The notes beneath the pieces are model-generated. The model did not search any database. It was not told the DNA's origin and worked only from the letters and a program-made list of their open reading frames with translations. A program made the position numbers and the translations under genes. From Lewinellaceae bacterium (lineage in GTDB: Bacteria; Bacteroidota; Bacteroidia; Chitinophagales; Saprospiraceae), in the NCBI GenBank assembly GCA_020636215.1, contig JACJYG010000004.1, forward strand, positions 866,142-930,141: a stretch of 64,000 nucleotides of DNA, read 5' to 3'. This document shows positions 55,270 through 63,756 of the stretch, piece by piece. Positions within the stretch are counted from its first letter, which is position 1, and each line of letters begins with the position of its first letter.

Positions 55270-56079
55270 ATGCAAGTACATCAGCATAATGGACGGCCAC
55301 CGGAATTCATGTGGGAAAGCCTCAGCTCCCCGGAAATTAAAGAACGGCTAAAAATCGTGGATACGGCCATTCTGCCCTGTGGCGCCGTGGAACAACACGG
55401 CCCCCACCTTCCACTTGATGTCGATTACTATGACGCCAGGTCCCTGGCATTCGAAGTCGCCCAGGCCTGCAGCGACCCCAAGCCATTCGTGCTTCCCCCA
55501 ATCCCTTTTGGAGTCTCCTATCACCACGAAGACTTTAAGGGCACGCTTAGTGTGACCAACGAGTCGCTCTCCCGCTTTGTCTATGACATTGGGATGAGCC
55601 TGGCCCATAATGGCATCAAAAAGCTCATTATCCTTAATGGGCATGGCGATAATGCCCCTACCCTCAATTTCGCCGCCCAGATGATCAACCGCGACGCCCG
55701 CATTTTCGTCTGCGTGGAAACCGGCGAAACCAGCGATGAAGATGTCTACAAACTCGCCGAAACCCACAACGACATCCATGCCGGAGAGATTGAAACCAGC
55801 ACCACCCTGGCGCTTCGCCCCAACATGGTGCGAATGGACCAAGCCGTAGATGAAGTCCCGAATTTCGGAAGCCCTTATCTGGATTTCACTTCAGCCAATG
55901 GCGTATCCTGGTATGTCCGCACCCACAAGATCTCCAAAACCGGCGTCATCGGCGCCCCGACCAAAGCCACGGCAGAAAAAGGCCGGCAGATGTGGGCGAT
56001 CATCTTAGATCACCTGGTGAAGTTCATCGATGAAGTAAAGAACAGCAAGGTGGAAGACCTGCATCAAAGGCGTTATTGA
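55270..56079 (+). CDS. Creatininase (creatinine amidohydrolase) family protein
   Basis: 269 aa. Metal-binding signature LPCGAVEQHGPHLPLDVD, NGHGDN, HAGEIETS. Confidence 0.8.
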   Translation: MQVHQHNGRPPEFMWESLSSPEIKERLKIVDTAILPCGAVEQHGPHLPLDVDYYDARSLAFEVAQACSDPKPFVLPPIPFGVSYHHEDFKGTLSVTNESLSRFVYDIGMSLAHNGIKKLIILNGHGDNAPTLNFAAQMINRDARIFVCVETGETSDEDVYKLAETHNDIHAGEIETSTTLALRPNMVRMDQAVDEVPNFGSPYLDFTSANGVSWYVRTHKISKTGVIGAPTKATAEKGRQMWAIILDHLVKFIDEVKNSKVEDLHQRRY

Positions 56080-56186
56080 GAAGTGGGAAGGCGGAAGTGG
56101 GAAAGCGGAAGAATTCCCTCGATTTTTGTGCTTAAAGACTTCAATGCTTTCCATAGCCACAGTCTCGATCTATTAAACCAAAGATT

Positions 56187-57248
56187 ATGAAAATCACTCG
56201 CTTGGAATGCTGGGCGCACGCGATGCCGCTGACCGAACCCTATACCATCGCTTACGAAACCATCCGCCATGCCGTCAATGTGTTCCTGAAAGTGGAAACG
56301 GACAATGGACTGGCCGGCTGGGGCTGTGCAGCGCCCGACATGGCCGTCACCCTGGAAACGCCAGAGATGGTCATGACAGCCTTCCATGACGTCATTGAAC
56401 CCTATCTTCGTGGGGCCGACCCCTTCCACTACGCCCGCCTCCTGGCTGAGTTGCGAAAGCAGTTGCCCTATCAACCCTCCGCTCTGGCCATGGTAGATAT
56501 GATGCTGTTCGACCTAATGGCCCAAAAAGCGGACGAACCATTGTACAAGCTACTCGGCGGATTTCGCAACTGCATTGCTACCAGCATCACCATCGGCATT
56601 CTGCCGGTGGCCGAAACGGTGGAACGGGCGGTAGGATTTGCCCGAAAAGGGTTTAAAGTGATCAAGCTGAAAGGAGGGAATAACGTGGATGAAGATGTGG
56701 AAAAAATTGCCCGAATCCGCGAAGCAGTAGGGAACCGCCTGGAAATCCGGTTCGACGCCAACCAGGGCTACACCGTGGCCGAGGCCATTGCGTTCATCCA
56801 CCGTACCGAGCACTATAAAGTGGAATTACTGGAACAGCCTACCGACAAGCACAACGAGGAATTGCTGAAGGAAGTCGCCCTCAATGTATCCGTTCCCGTC
56901 ATGGCCGACGAGAGCCTGATGACACTCAAGGACGTCTTCCACCTCACCAGCCGGGGCTGCATCGATATGATCAACATCAAGCTGGTGAAAGTGGGCGGCA
57001 TCATGGAAGGCCTGCACATCAACTCGGTGGCCAAAGCCGACAACGTGGAAGCCATGGTGGGCTGTATGGACGAATCCGCCCTGGGTATCGCTGCCGGCCT
57101 GCACTTCGCACTCTCCCGCCCCAATATCGCCTACGCCGACCTCGACGGCCATCTCGACCTGCTGGACGACCCCTTCGCCGGTATGGTGCGACTGGAAGAG
57201 GGGGTGCTGTATCCGAGTGAAAGGGCTGGGCTGGGAGTTAAAGGTTAA
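56187..57248 (+). CDS. Dipeptide epimerase (L-Ala-D/L-Glu epimerase-like, enolase superfamily)
   Basis: 353 aa. KxK (VIKLKGG), DANQGY, LEQP, MADES, NIKLVKVGG, GCMDES, DLDG. Confidence 0.85.
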   Translation: MKITRLECWAHAMPLTEPYTIAYETIRHAVNVFLKVETDNGLAGWGCAAPDMAVTLETPEMVMTAFHDVIEPYLRGADPFHYARLLAELRKQLPYQPSALAMVDMMLFDLMAQKADEPLYKLLGGFRNCIATSITIGILPVAETVERAVGFARKGFKVIKLKGGNNVDEDVEKIARIREAVGNRLEIRFDANQGYTVAEAIAFIHRTEHYKVELLEQPTDKHNEELLKEVALNVSVPVMADESLMTLKDVFHLTSRGCIDMINIKLVKVGGIMEGLHINSVAKADNVEAMVGCMDESALGIAAGLHFALSRPNIAYADLDGHLDLLDDPFAGMVRLEEGVLYPSERAGLGVKG

Positions 57249-57292
57249 TTGTGGGTAACTTGCAAGCGGAAACTTGAACTCATAAGCCCTCC

Positions 57293-58528
57293 CTAGTCGC
57301 GATACCGCTCCAGATCCGGCTTTCTAACTCTATCCCGCTTCAATTCATAGTTATACACCAACCGCCCGATCCGCGCCAGCACCGGAAAGCCGATCTCATC
57401 GTATTCATACACTCCGTCGTTGTATGTCTGATTTTTATTGACGTGAATGTTGGCCGCCAGTAGGAACTCCAACCCATTCTTAAAATCCACCACGTAGGCG
57501 ACATCGGTGAGAAAACCGTAGGCATCGCCCACTTTGTTGAAGATGCGAATGTGATCGGGCATGGGCGCTTTGCCGTCGCCAAATAGGAAAAACTTGACGT
57601 AGCTGTCCCAGTATTCCGTAGTATCATAGGCAGGATGATCGCTCTCTCTGGGTAGCATCGACATATACTTCCAGAGGAAGTGATAGTCCTCCTCAGTGAG
57701 GTTAAAACGGCGCTCCGCAGGAATGGCCTCCGGGAAGAGGGCGGCCTGCAGGATATCGTGCAGATCCTGAAGAGAAACGAAGTTTTTGTTGCGGAAGTCA
57801 AAAGGTTCGGGGATGACCTTTCCATCGTCGGCCATATAAGCGACGCCACGCACCTGTTCCTTCAGTTCCAGCGCAGGATCGAAAGCACTATACACCGCTC
57901 CCTGATGATACAACAGTGAATCCCCATCGTAGAAACTAACCGGATTGGTATAGCGGTTGCCTTCCACATCGTAGCCACTGACAGAAAGGCGGTGGATGAT
58001 GCGCAGCTTATCATAGCCTTTCTCATAGAGTTTCCGGTTGAGGTATTCCTGTCCGAGGAATTCATAAAGGCGGTTAAAGGCATCGTTATCGCTGACGAGA
58101 AAGATCTTTTTGATGTACTGGGCAACGGAAGGCAGTCCACTAGCCGCTGTAGTATCCTGATTGACGGCCGTTTGGGGCGGCCTGGCGGCTCCGGTGATCA
58201 TCGTGCTGTTTTTGTCCAGCCCCAGTATCCTCAGCTCGTTGAGTTTTTCCAGCGCCAGCAAGGCCGCCGGCATTTTGACGGTACTGGCCGGATAGAAGTA
58301 TAAACCGGTATCCAGGCCATAAGAATAACTTTGAAAAGAGGGGCGGTTGTCCTCGTCCCGGTCGATGCGGGTATAGATCAGTTGAAGCTGAAATTGCTCC
58401 GGATGCCGCAGCACTTCACCAAGCAGGCTGTCGCTGGAATTTCCCAATAGTTCCTGGAGTATGTTTTCCTGAGCGGGAACGGCCAGGCTGAAGGATAAGG
58501 TTGCGGCCAAAAGCAGTACAATTCTCAT
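57293..58528 (-). CDS. Secreted serine hydrolase of the class A beta-lactamase fold
   Basis: 411 aa with a signal peptide. SxxK (PASTVKMPAAL), SDN (LVSDNDAFN), KxG (FNKVGDAYG). Confidence 0.7.
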   Translation of the reverse strand: MRIVLLLAATLSFSLAVPAQENILQELLGNSSDSLLGEVLRHPEQFQLQLIYTRIDRDEDNRPSFQSYSYGLDTGLYFYPASTVKMPAALLALEKLNELRILGLDKNSTMITGAARPPQTAVNQDTTAASGLPSVAQYIKKIFLVSDNDAFNRLYEFLGQEYLNRKLYEKGYDKLRIIHRLSVSGYDVEGNRYTNPVSFYDGDSLLYHQGAVYSAFDPALELKEQVRGVAYMADDGKVIPEPFDFRNKNFVSLQDLHDILQAALFPEAIPAERRFNLTEEDYHFLWKYMSMLPRESDHPAYDTTEYWDSYVKFFLFGDGKAPMPDHIRIFNKVGDAYGFLTDVAYVVDFKNGLEFLLAANIHVNKNQTYNDGVYEYDEIGFPVLARIGRLVYNYELKRDRVRKPDLERYRD

Positions 58529-59583
58529 GCTATTCGATTTTCAAAAAATTGCTGAATAAGCCCGGCAAGGTAAATGATATCTTCCGGCTCGTGCAAGGCG
58601 TTGAGCACGATTCGAGTCACCGGATCGTCTTCCGGAGTTGGGTAAGCAAATTGCGAAAGCAGGCAGCCGCGCTGCTCCAGCCAGAGCCCCAGCCGGTGTT
58701 CGGGCGTATAAAAAACGGGATAATCCTCAAAAGACTGGAAAAGGCCGGTAGAAAGAACGGCTTGGCGGAACTGCCTGATGTTGCCCTTCAGCTTTTCCAG
58801 GGCCATTGGATAGTGATCTTTCACCTGAAGCATACCATACAGGAAGGCCGGGGGAATGGGGGAAGCTCCGCCAAAAGATGGGCTATGCCATAAGGCATCG
58901 TAAAGGCTGCGATGGCCCAGGATAACGCCCCCCGGAACGCCTAAGGCTTTGCCCAAAGAACTGACGACGATCAGTTCAACATAAGGAGGAGGCTTTACAA
59001 TACTGTAGGCGCCTGCTCCATTTTCTCCACAAATACCCAATCCATGCGAATCATCCAACACGAGCGTAATTGGAATTCCCGAAGGGAGCTGTTCCAGCCA
59101 GTCAAAAGGATAGGGGCGGGCAAAAAGGGAATCTACAGCATTGGAAAGCAGCACCACTGGGCGGGTAGCCCGATGGCATTCCTGCAGGATGAAATCCACC
59201 CAGGCTTCGAAATCCCCTTCAAAGTAATGGCCCTCTACCCAGAGTGCCGGATGGGCGCCTGGTGCGAAATACAGGCTGCCTTTATCCTGCAGGTAGCGGG
59301 CCAGCACCTGTCCGGCCATGGATCCGGAAGACACCGAGAGGGCCGCCTCGGCGCCGGTAAAGCCTGCCAGCCAGGCTTCGGCCTCTTCAAATATCGGAAA
59401 GCGGATATTGCCCAGGCGAGACCCCCCAAAGTTGGCGCCATAACGGCCGATGCCTTCCGCCAGAGCAGCCTTGTAGGGCTCGTACTGCGCCATACCCAGA
59501 TAGGAGGTGCCACTGAAATAGCGGTAAACCCTTCCGTTCAGGATGGCAGTCCGGCCAGGTATGGTATCCAATTGTACGTCCAC
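58525..59583 (-). CDS. PLP-dependent alpha-oxoamine synthase family enzyme (BioF/Kbl/Spt-like)
   Basis: 352 aa. YFSGTSYLGM, DDSHGLG, and the PLP-lysine motif SSLGKALG. The stop overlaps the start of the downstream hydrolase by 4 nt (ATGA). Confidence 0.75.
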   Translation of the reverse strand: MDVQLDTIPGRTAILNGRVYRYFSGTSYLGMAQYEPYKAALAEGIGRYGANFGGSRLGNIRFPIFEEAEAWLAGFTGAEAALSVSSGSMAGQVLARYLQDKGSLYFAPGAHPALWVEGHYFEGDFEAWVDFILQECHRATRPVVLLSNAVDSLFARPYPFDWLEQLPSGIPITLVLDDSHGLGICGENGAGAYSIVKPPPYVELIVVSSLGKALGVPGGVILGHRSLYDALWHSPSFGGASPIPPAFLYGMLQVKDHYPMALEKLKGNIRQFRQAVLSTGLFQSFEDYPVFYTPEHRLGLWLEQRGCLLSQFAYPTPEDDPVTRIVLNALHEPEDIIYLAGLIQQFFENRIA

Positions 59584-59679
59584 TGTGTTTAATTGTTTGT
59601 TGATAGTTATTGCTTACCAATGTGAATACCGGATTAAAAACCTTTGAGGATTTGGAAACCTCGCCCTACTTTACATACG

Positions 59680-59742
59680 AGACACACCAGACACACCAGA
59701 CATACCAGACATACCCGACATACCCGACACACCAGACATACC
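59680..59742. repeat. Tandem array of 7 degenerate 9-nt words (AGACAYACC)
   Basis: agacacacc x2 agacatacc x2 cgacatacc cgacacacc agacatacc. Same word family and orientation as 33099..33385. Lies between two genes of one operon. Confidence 0.85.
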
Positions 59743-59750
59743 AAACGTCC

Positions 59751-60761
59751 TCACCTCAGCCCCGCTCCCGTACCATTTAATTTGGGATACTGGGCATAGC
59801 CATCGACCACTTCTACTCCGGTAGCCGGGTCATTGCTCAGCAGCAGGGCGCCATCCATATCTACATAATCGAGAAGTGGGGCCAACTGGCCGATGGCGGA
59901 GATGCCGACCGAAGACTCTGTCATGCAGCCTACCATCACTTTAAGCCCCAGTTTTCGGGCGTGTTCCACCATCCGCTTACCAGGAGTGAGGCCGCCACAT
60001 TTCATCAGCTTAATATTAATGCCGTGGTAAAAGCCATAGCAACGCGCCACATCCGCTTCAACATGACAGGCCTCATCGGCAATGACGGGTAAGGCGCATT
60101 GTTCATAAACCAGCTTCATACCTTCCCAATTGTTGGCTTTGAGAGGTTGTTCGATGAATTCCACCCCCAGTTCCTTGAGGCGGGGCGCGTATTCGACTGT
60201 CTGTTCCGGCGTCCATGCGGTATTGGCGTCTACGCGGAAGGCGGCATCCGTATGTTTGCGCAGGGCTTCAATGATTTCAAGGTCATGATCGGTGCCTAAT
60301 TTGACTTTGTAGAGCGGCCAGGGCTGTTCCTCCATTTTGGCCACCATTTCCTCGATACTGGCGATGCCGATGGTGAAGTTGGAAAGGGGCAGCTTATCGG
60401 TTTTGAGGCCCCAGATCTCATAGACGGGTTTGCCCTGCAGTTTACCGTAAAGGTCGTGGGCAGCTTCATCCAGCGCGCAGAGCACAAAGGGGTGATCGGC
60501 CAGGTGGCCGCGCATAGTTTCCCAGAATTGTTCCGGAGTATGAAGCGGGGTGGACTCGATCAGCGGGCGCAGCTGTTCCAGCGTTTGCACCATTTTATCG
60601 AGCAGGATACCGTAGTAGCGGGTCTCGGTGGCTTCCCCATAGCCCGATAGGCCATCCTGGGAAAGTTCTACAATAAGGCTGGGCATGACGTCTCTCGATT
60701 CGTGGCTGATGGAGAAGGTGTGTTTCAGTTGCAATTGAAAAGTGTGGATGGTGAGTTTCAT
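59751..60761 (-). CDS. Dipeptide epimerase (second enolase-superfamily paralogue)
   Basis: 336 aa. YKVKLG, VDANTAW, IEQP, IADEA, NIKLMKCGG, GCMTES, DMDG. Confidence 0.85.
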   Translation of the reverse strand: MKLTIHTFQLQLKHTFSISHESRDVMPSLIVELSQDGLSGYGEATETRYYGILLDKMVQTLEQLRPLIESTPLHTPEQFWETMRGHLADHPFVLCALDEAAHDLYGKLQGKPVYEIWGLKTDKLPLSNFTIGIASIEEMVAKMEEQPWPLYKVKLGTDHDLEIIEALRKHTDAAFRVDANTAWTPEQTVEYAPRLKELGVEFIEQPLKANNWEGMKLVYEQCALPVIADEACHVEADVARCYGFYHGINIKLMKCGGLTPGKRMVEHARKLGLKVMVGCMTESSVGISAIGQLAPLLDYVDMDGALLLSNDPATGVEVVDGYAQYPKLNGTGAGLR

Positions 60762-60836
60762 TATAATTTAAACTTTTTGTTTTCAAAAACTTGATTTTTA
60801 ATCAAAATGTTTATATTTTGTCGTAAACAGAACCCC

Positions 60837-61427
60837 ATGGCCAATCGAGTGACTAAAGATATACTTTGGAAGGGAATTCTGGAGGATTGCTTCGAGGACT
60901 TCTTCCGCTTTTTCTATCCGAAATGGGCGGATGAGGTAGACTTTTCAAAAGGTGTAGAGTTTTTGGACAAAGAGCTGGATCAATTGATGCCGGAAGCGGC
61001 TAGTAGTAAGCGGTATGTAGATAAACTTGTGAAGATCTATTTAAAATCCGGAGAGCAGCAGTGGATATTGAACTTTATCCGGTTTTATACCAGTTTTAAA
61101 AATCAGAAAAACATCCTTAAATTTGAAACAGTGATTGATGAAATGACAGAAAATAAAGGCCCTATGGGAATTAATGAACGCATCATGGAAGCCCTGCGAG
61201 AACAGGCCATAGAAGAAGGCCTGAAAGAAGGTATGGAGAAAGGTATGGAGAAAGGCATGGAGAAAGGTATGGAGAAAGGTATGGAAGAAGCTTTCAAAGA
61301 GAGCATTGCCCGCCTTTTGAGAAAAGGTTATAGCCCAGAACAGGTAACAGACATGCTGGACGTTGAGGCTGAAATGGTAGCGGAAGTGCTGGAGAATCTC
61401 GATAGCAGGAACGGTCAAAAACAGTAA
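60837..61427 (+). CDS. Rpn/YhgA-like (PD-(D/E)XK putative transposase) family protein, apparently lacking an intact nuclease core
   Basis: Start chosen at MANRV. The N-terminus DILWKGILEDCFEDFFRFFYP...VEFLDKEL...RYVDKLVKIYLKSGEQQWIL matches the family as I recall it. The expected hIEvQ core is replaced (WILNFIRFY). The C-terminal domain is present. Confidence 0.5.
   Translation: MANRVTKDILWKGILEDCFEDFFRFFYPKWADEVDFSKGVEFLDKELDQLMPEAASSKRYVDKLVKIYLKSGEQQWILNFIRFYTSFKNQKNILKFETVIDEMTENKGPMGINERIMEALREQAIEEGLKEGMEKGMEKGMEKGMEKGMEEAFKESIARLLRKGYSPEQVTDMLDVEAEMVAEVLENLDSRNGQKQ
61230..61289 (+). repeat. In-frame 12-nt tandem repeat x5 (ggtatggagaaa) encoding (GMEK)5
   Basis: Units begin at 61230, 61242, 61254, 61266 and 61278. 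They are preceded by the related unit ggcctgaaagaa. Confidence 0.9.
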
Positions 61428-61529
61428 TAACTATAGTAATCCCCTCTTCACCTGAAAGCAAGGCCCTCCCTGCCAGCAATATGGCAATTTAGCCATATAT
61501 CTATCCCCCCTTTACTTTTTCCTCGGCCC

Positions 61530-62552
61530 CTACCGCACCGCCGCCTCTAGCAACGTCAGGCTTTGCCCTTCTACATCCAACTCCGCTTCTATTCCGACCG
61601 GCAAGGTACATTGATTGGCGATGTGCCCAAAAGACAGGCCATAAACCGCGGGAACATTTAACTCCTTTATTCGGTCGATTACCGTTTCTGTCAAGCTCAA
61701 AGAGCGTTCCTCTTCTTTGGCCTGGCAATCTTCAAAGATCCCCATAGCAATCCCTGCGGACTGCCCGAGCTGCCAGGCTTGCCGCAATTGGGTTAGCATG
61801 CGGTCTATCCGGTAAGGTTTCTCTCCAACATCTTCTATAAAGACCAGTTTACCCTTTGCTTCCGGTAGATAATCCGTGCCTGCCATAGCCGCCAGTAACG
61901 ACAAGTTGCCGCCAATAAGTACACCCCGTGCTTTGCCTTTGTTAATGGTAAATGTATGGAAAGCAGTATCCTCTTTTTCTTTATTTTCCGGGGAAAGGGA
62001 TATGGAATGAGCTGTTCTACCTTCCATCACCACCGCGCGGAATTGCGCCTCTGTATATTCAGTCAATTCGGAGGCCCCCACCGGGCCGTGGAAGCCTATC
62101 AGGCCGGTTTTGTGGAAAATGGCATTGAGCAGGGCCGTGACATCGCTATACCCGATCAGTGCCTTGGGGTTATTGCGGATCAGATCGTAGTCGATATTTG
62201 GTAATAAGCGAGAGCAGCCGTAGCCGCCTCGGGCGCACCAGATGCCGGATACGCTGTCATCAGCAAACATCATGTGCAGGTCGTCCAGCCGTTGCTGGTC
62301 GGTACCGGCGTTGAAGCCTCGCTGGACCCGGATATTTTTGCCCAGCTTCAGCCTGAAACCCAGCTTGAGCATATTGTCCACCGCCTTTTGTAAGCCTTCC
62401 TCCTCGATATAACTCCCAGGAGTGATCAGGCCAATGGTGTCACCGGGCTGAAGCCGTTTGGGCAGGATGCGCTGTGGCGCAGGCATAAATGAGGCTCCGG
62501 CAAGAACGGGAACGGAGAGGGCTACCTTTTTGGTGAAGGATCGGCGATTCAT
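61530..62552 (-). CDS. ldcA: LD-carboxypeptidase (peptidase S66, LdcA/MccF-like) with a Tat-like signal
   Basis: 340 aa. N-terminal MNRRSFTKKVALSVPVLAGA. Nucleophile motif IGYSDVTAL. C-terminal FGH. Confidence 0.85.
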   Translation of the reverse strand: MNRRSFTKKVALSVPVLAGASFMPAPQRILPKRLQPGDTIGLITPGSYIEEEGLQKAVDNMLKLGFRLKLGKNIRVQRGFNAGTDQQRLDDLHMMFADDSVSGIWCARGGYGCSRLLPNIDYDLIRNNPKALIGYSDVTALLNAIFHKTGLIGFHGPVGASELTEYTEAQFRAVVMEGRTAHSISLSPENKEKEDTAFHTFTINKGKARGVLIGGNLSLLAAMAGTDYLPEAKGKLVFIEDVGEKPYRIDRMLTQLRQAWQLGQSAGIAMGIFEDCQAKEEERSLSLTETVIDRIKELNVPAVYGLSFGHIANQCTLPVGIEAELDVEGQSLTLLEAAVR

Positions 62553-62623
62553 GAGGTTGTTGGTTGTTCGAATGGGAAGATAGGAAATACCGGGCGGATC
62601 ACCGCTTTTCGAGTAATAAGCAC

Positions 62624-63610
62624 TTATTCCAAATCTTTTTTGATCTGTTGGGCTACCGCTTGAGCCAGGCGGACCGGTACGGCATTCCCGATCATTTTGT
62701 AAGCTGCCGCCAGGTTCTTATAGTGAAAAATGAAGTCATCCGGAAAAGTTTGGATCCGGGCGCATTCCCGAACACTGAGCCGACGGTAGAGATGCTCCTT
62801 ACCGGGTACAAAGCGTTTTTGATCCTTATCCACCGCTTGCATCTCCGGCGCCTGCGGATGAAGCGGTGCATGGCGCCCGCCAGCCTGAATCGTATAAGAA
62901 ACCTGATCCCAACCTCTTACCCGGTTGCGCGACATATAAAGGCTGGAAAAACCGCCAACGAAGAATTCGTGGTTGGGAAAAGGGCAGGCACTACCATTGG
63001 AATAGTTACCATCTCTGGCGGGGATTGCATTTTCCACGAGGTCACCGATAGCCGAACGGAGAGAAAGTTTCATTTTAACGGGCGAAGGGAATTCGAAAGA
63101 CCGGCCCAGGTCGCGCCGGTATCCAACAAAAAATACGCGCTTTCGGTCCTGAGGAACGAGGTAATCTGAAGCGTTAAGAAGCTTGAAAGACAGCTCGTAA
63201 CCTACGCCGGCGTTGCGAAAGAGGCTTTTTATGCTTTCCAGCGCCTTGCGATTGCGGGGGAGTAACATGCCGGCCACATTTTCCGCCAGGAAAAATTTCG
63301 GCTGCTTGGCTTCCAGTATCCGAATGAAATCGTAGAATAGTTGTCCGCGCTTATCCTCTATTCCGCGAAGCGCGCCGGCAGCACTCCAACTCTGGCAGGG
63401 CGGCCCGCCAATCATGCCATCGCAGTCGGGAATGTCGGCCGGATCGATCTCGGTTATACTACGCCGGTCCAGTTTTGTGTGAAGATGATTTTTTTCATAC
63501 GTTTCCCACACATCCCGGTCAAATTCATTAGCCCAGCTTACATTGAAGCCTGCCCGAATGAATCCCAGGTCGAGCCCTCCGGCGCCAGCGAAAAAGGAGA
63601 CTACCTCCAT
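62624..63610 (-). CDS. dcm: DNA (cytosine-5)-methyltransferase, M.HaeIII-like (predicted GGCC specificity)
   Basis: 328 aa. Motif I FAGAGGLDLGF, IV GGPPCQSWS, VI FLAENV, VIII QDRKRVFFVG, X YKMIGNAVPV. The variable region (NHEFFVGGFSSLYMSRNRVR, TIQAGGRHAPLHPQAP, GKEHLYRRLSVRECARIQTFPDDF) is nearly colinear with my recollection of M.HaeIII. Confidence 0.9.
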   Translation of the reverse strand: MEVVSFFAGAGGLDLGFIRAGFNVSWANEFDRDVWETYEKNHLHTKLDRRSITEIDPADIPDCDGMIGGPPCQSWSAAGALRGIEDKRGQLFYDFIRILEAKQPKFFLAENVAGMLLPRNRKALESIKSLFRNAGVGYELSFKLLNASDYLVPQDRKRVFFVGYRRDLGRSFEFPSPVKMKLSLRSAIGDLVENAIPARDGNYSNGSACPFPNHEFFVGGFSSLYMSRNRVRGWDQVSYTIQAGGRHAPLHPQAPEMQAVDKDQKRFVPGKEHLYRRLSVRECARIQTFPDDFIFHYKNLAAAYKMIGNAVPVRLAQAVAQQIKKDLE

Positions 63611-63636
63611 AAGCCAAACGATTACAAGATTCTTTC

Positions 63637-63756
63637 TTAAGGCATAAAAAAATAATACGGATCCATGAAATGGCCGACAATTTGGGCAATTTGCAAAAAA
63701 ATCACCGGAAAGGCCAGCCCAAGGGCAACAAAGATAAAAAATACCGCAGTATCCAT
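63637..63756 (-). CDS. Possible 39-aa hydrophobic micro-ORF (below the track threshold)
   Basis: MDTAVFFIFVALGLAFPVIFLQIAQIVGHFMDPYYFFMP. Its ATG shares nucleotide 63756 with the stop of the upstream gene (TGATG). There is no other support. Confidence 0.2.
   Translation of the reverse strand: MDTAVFFIFVALGLAFPVIFLQIAQIVGHFMDPYYFFMP

Noticed and set aside
60812-60820. Promoter -7 box upstream of the Rpn-like gene (tatattttg)
   Set aside because: It does not fit TAnnTTTG in register because of one extra T.
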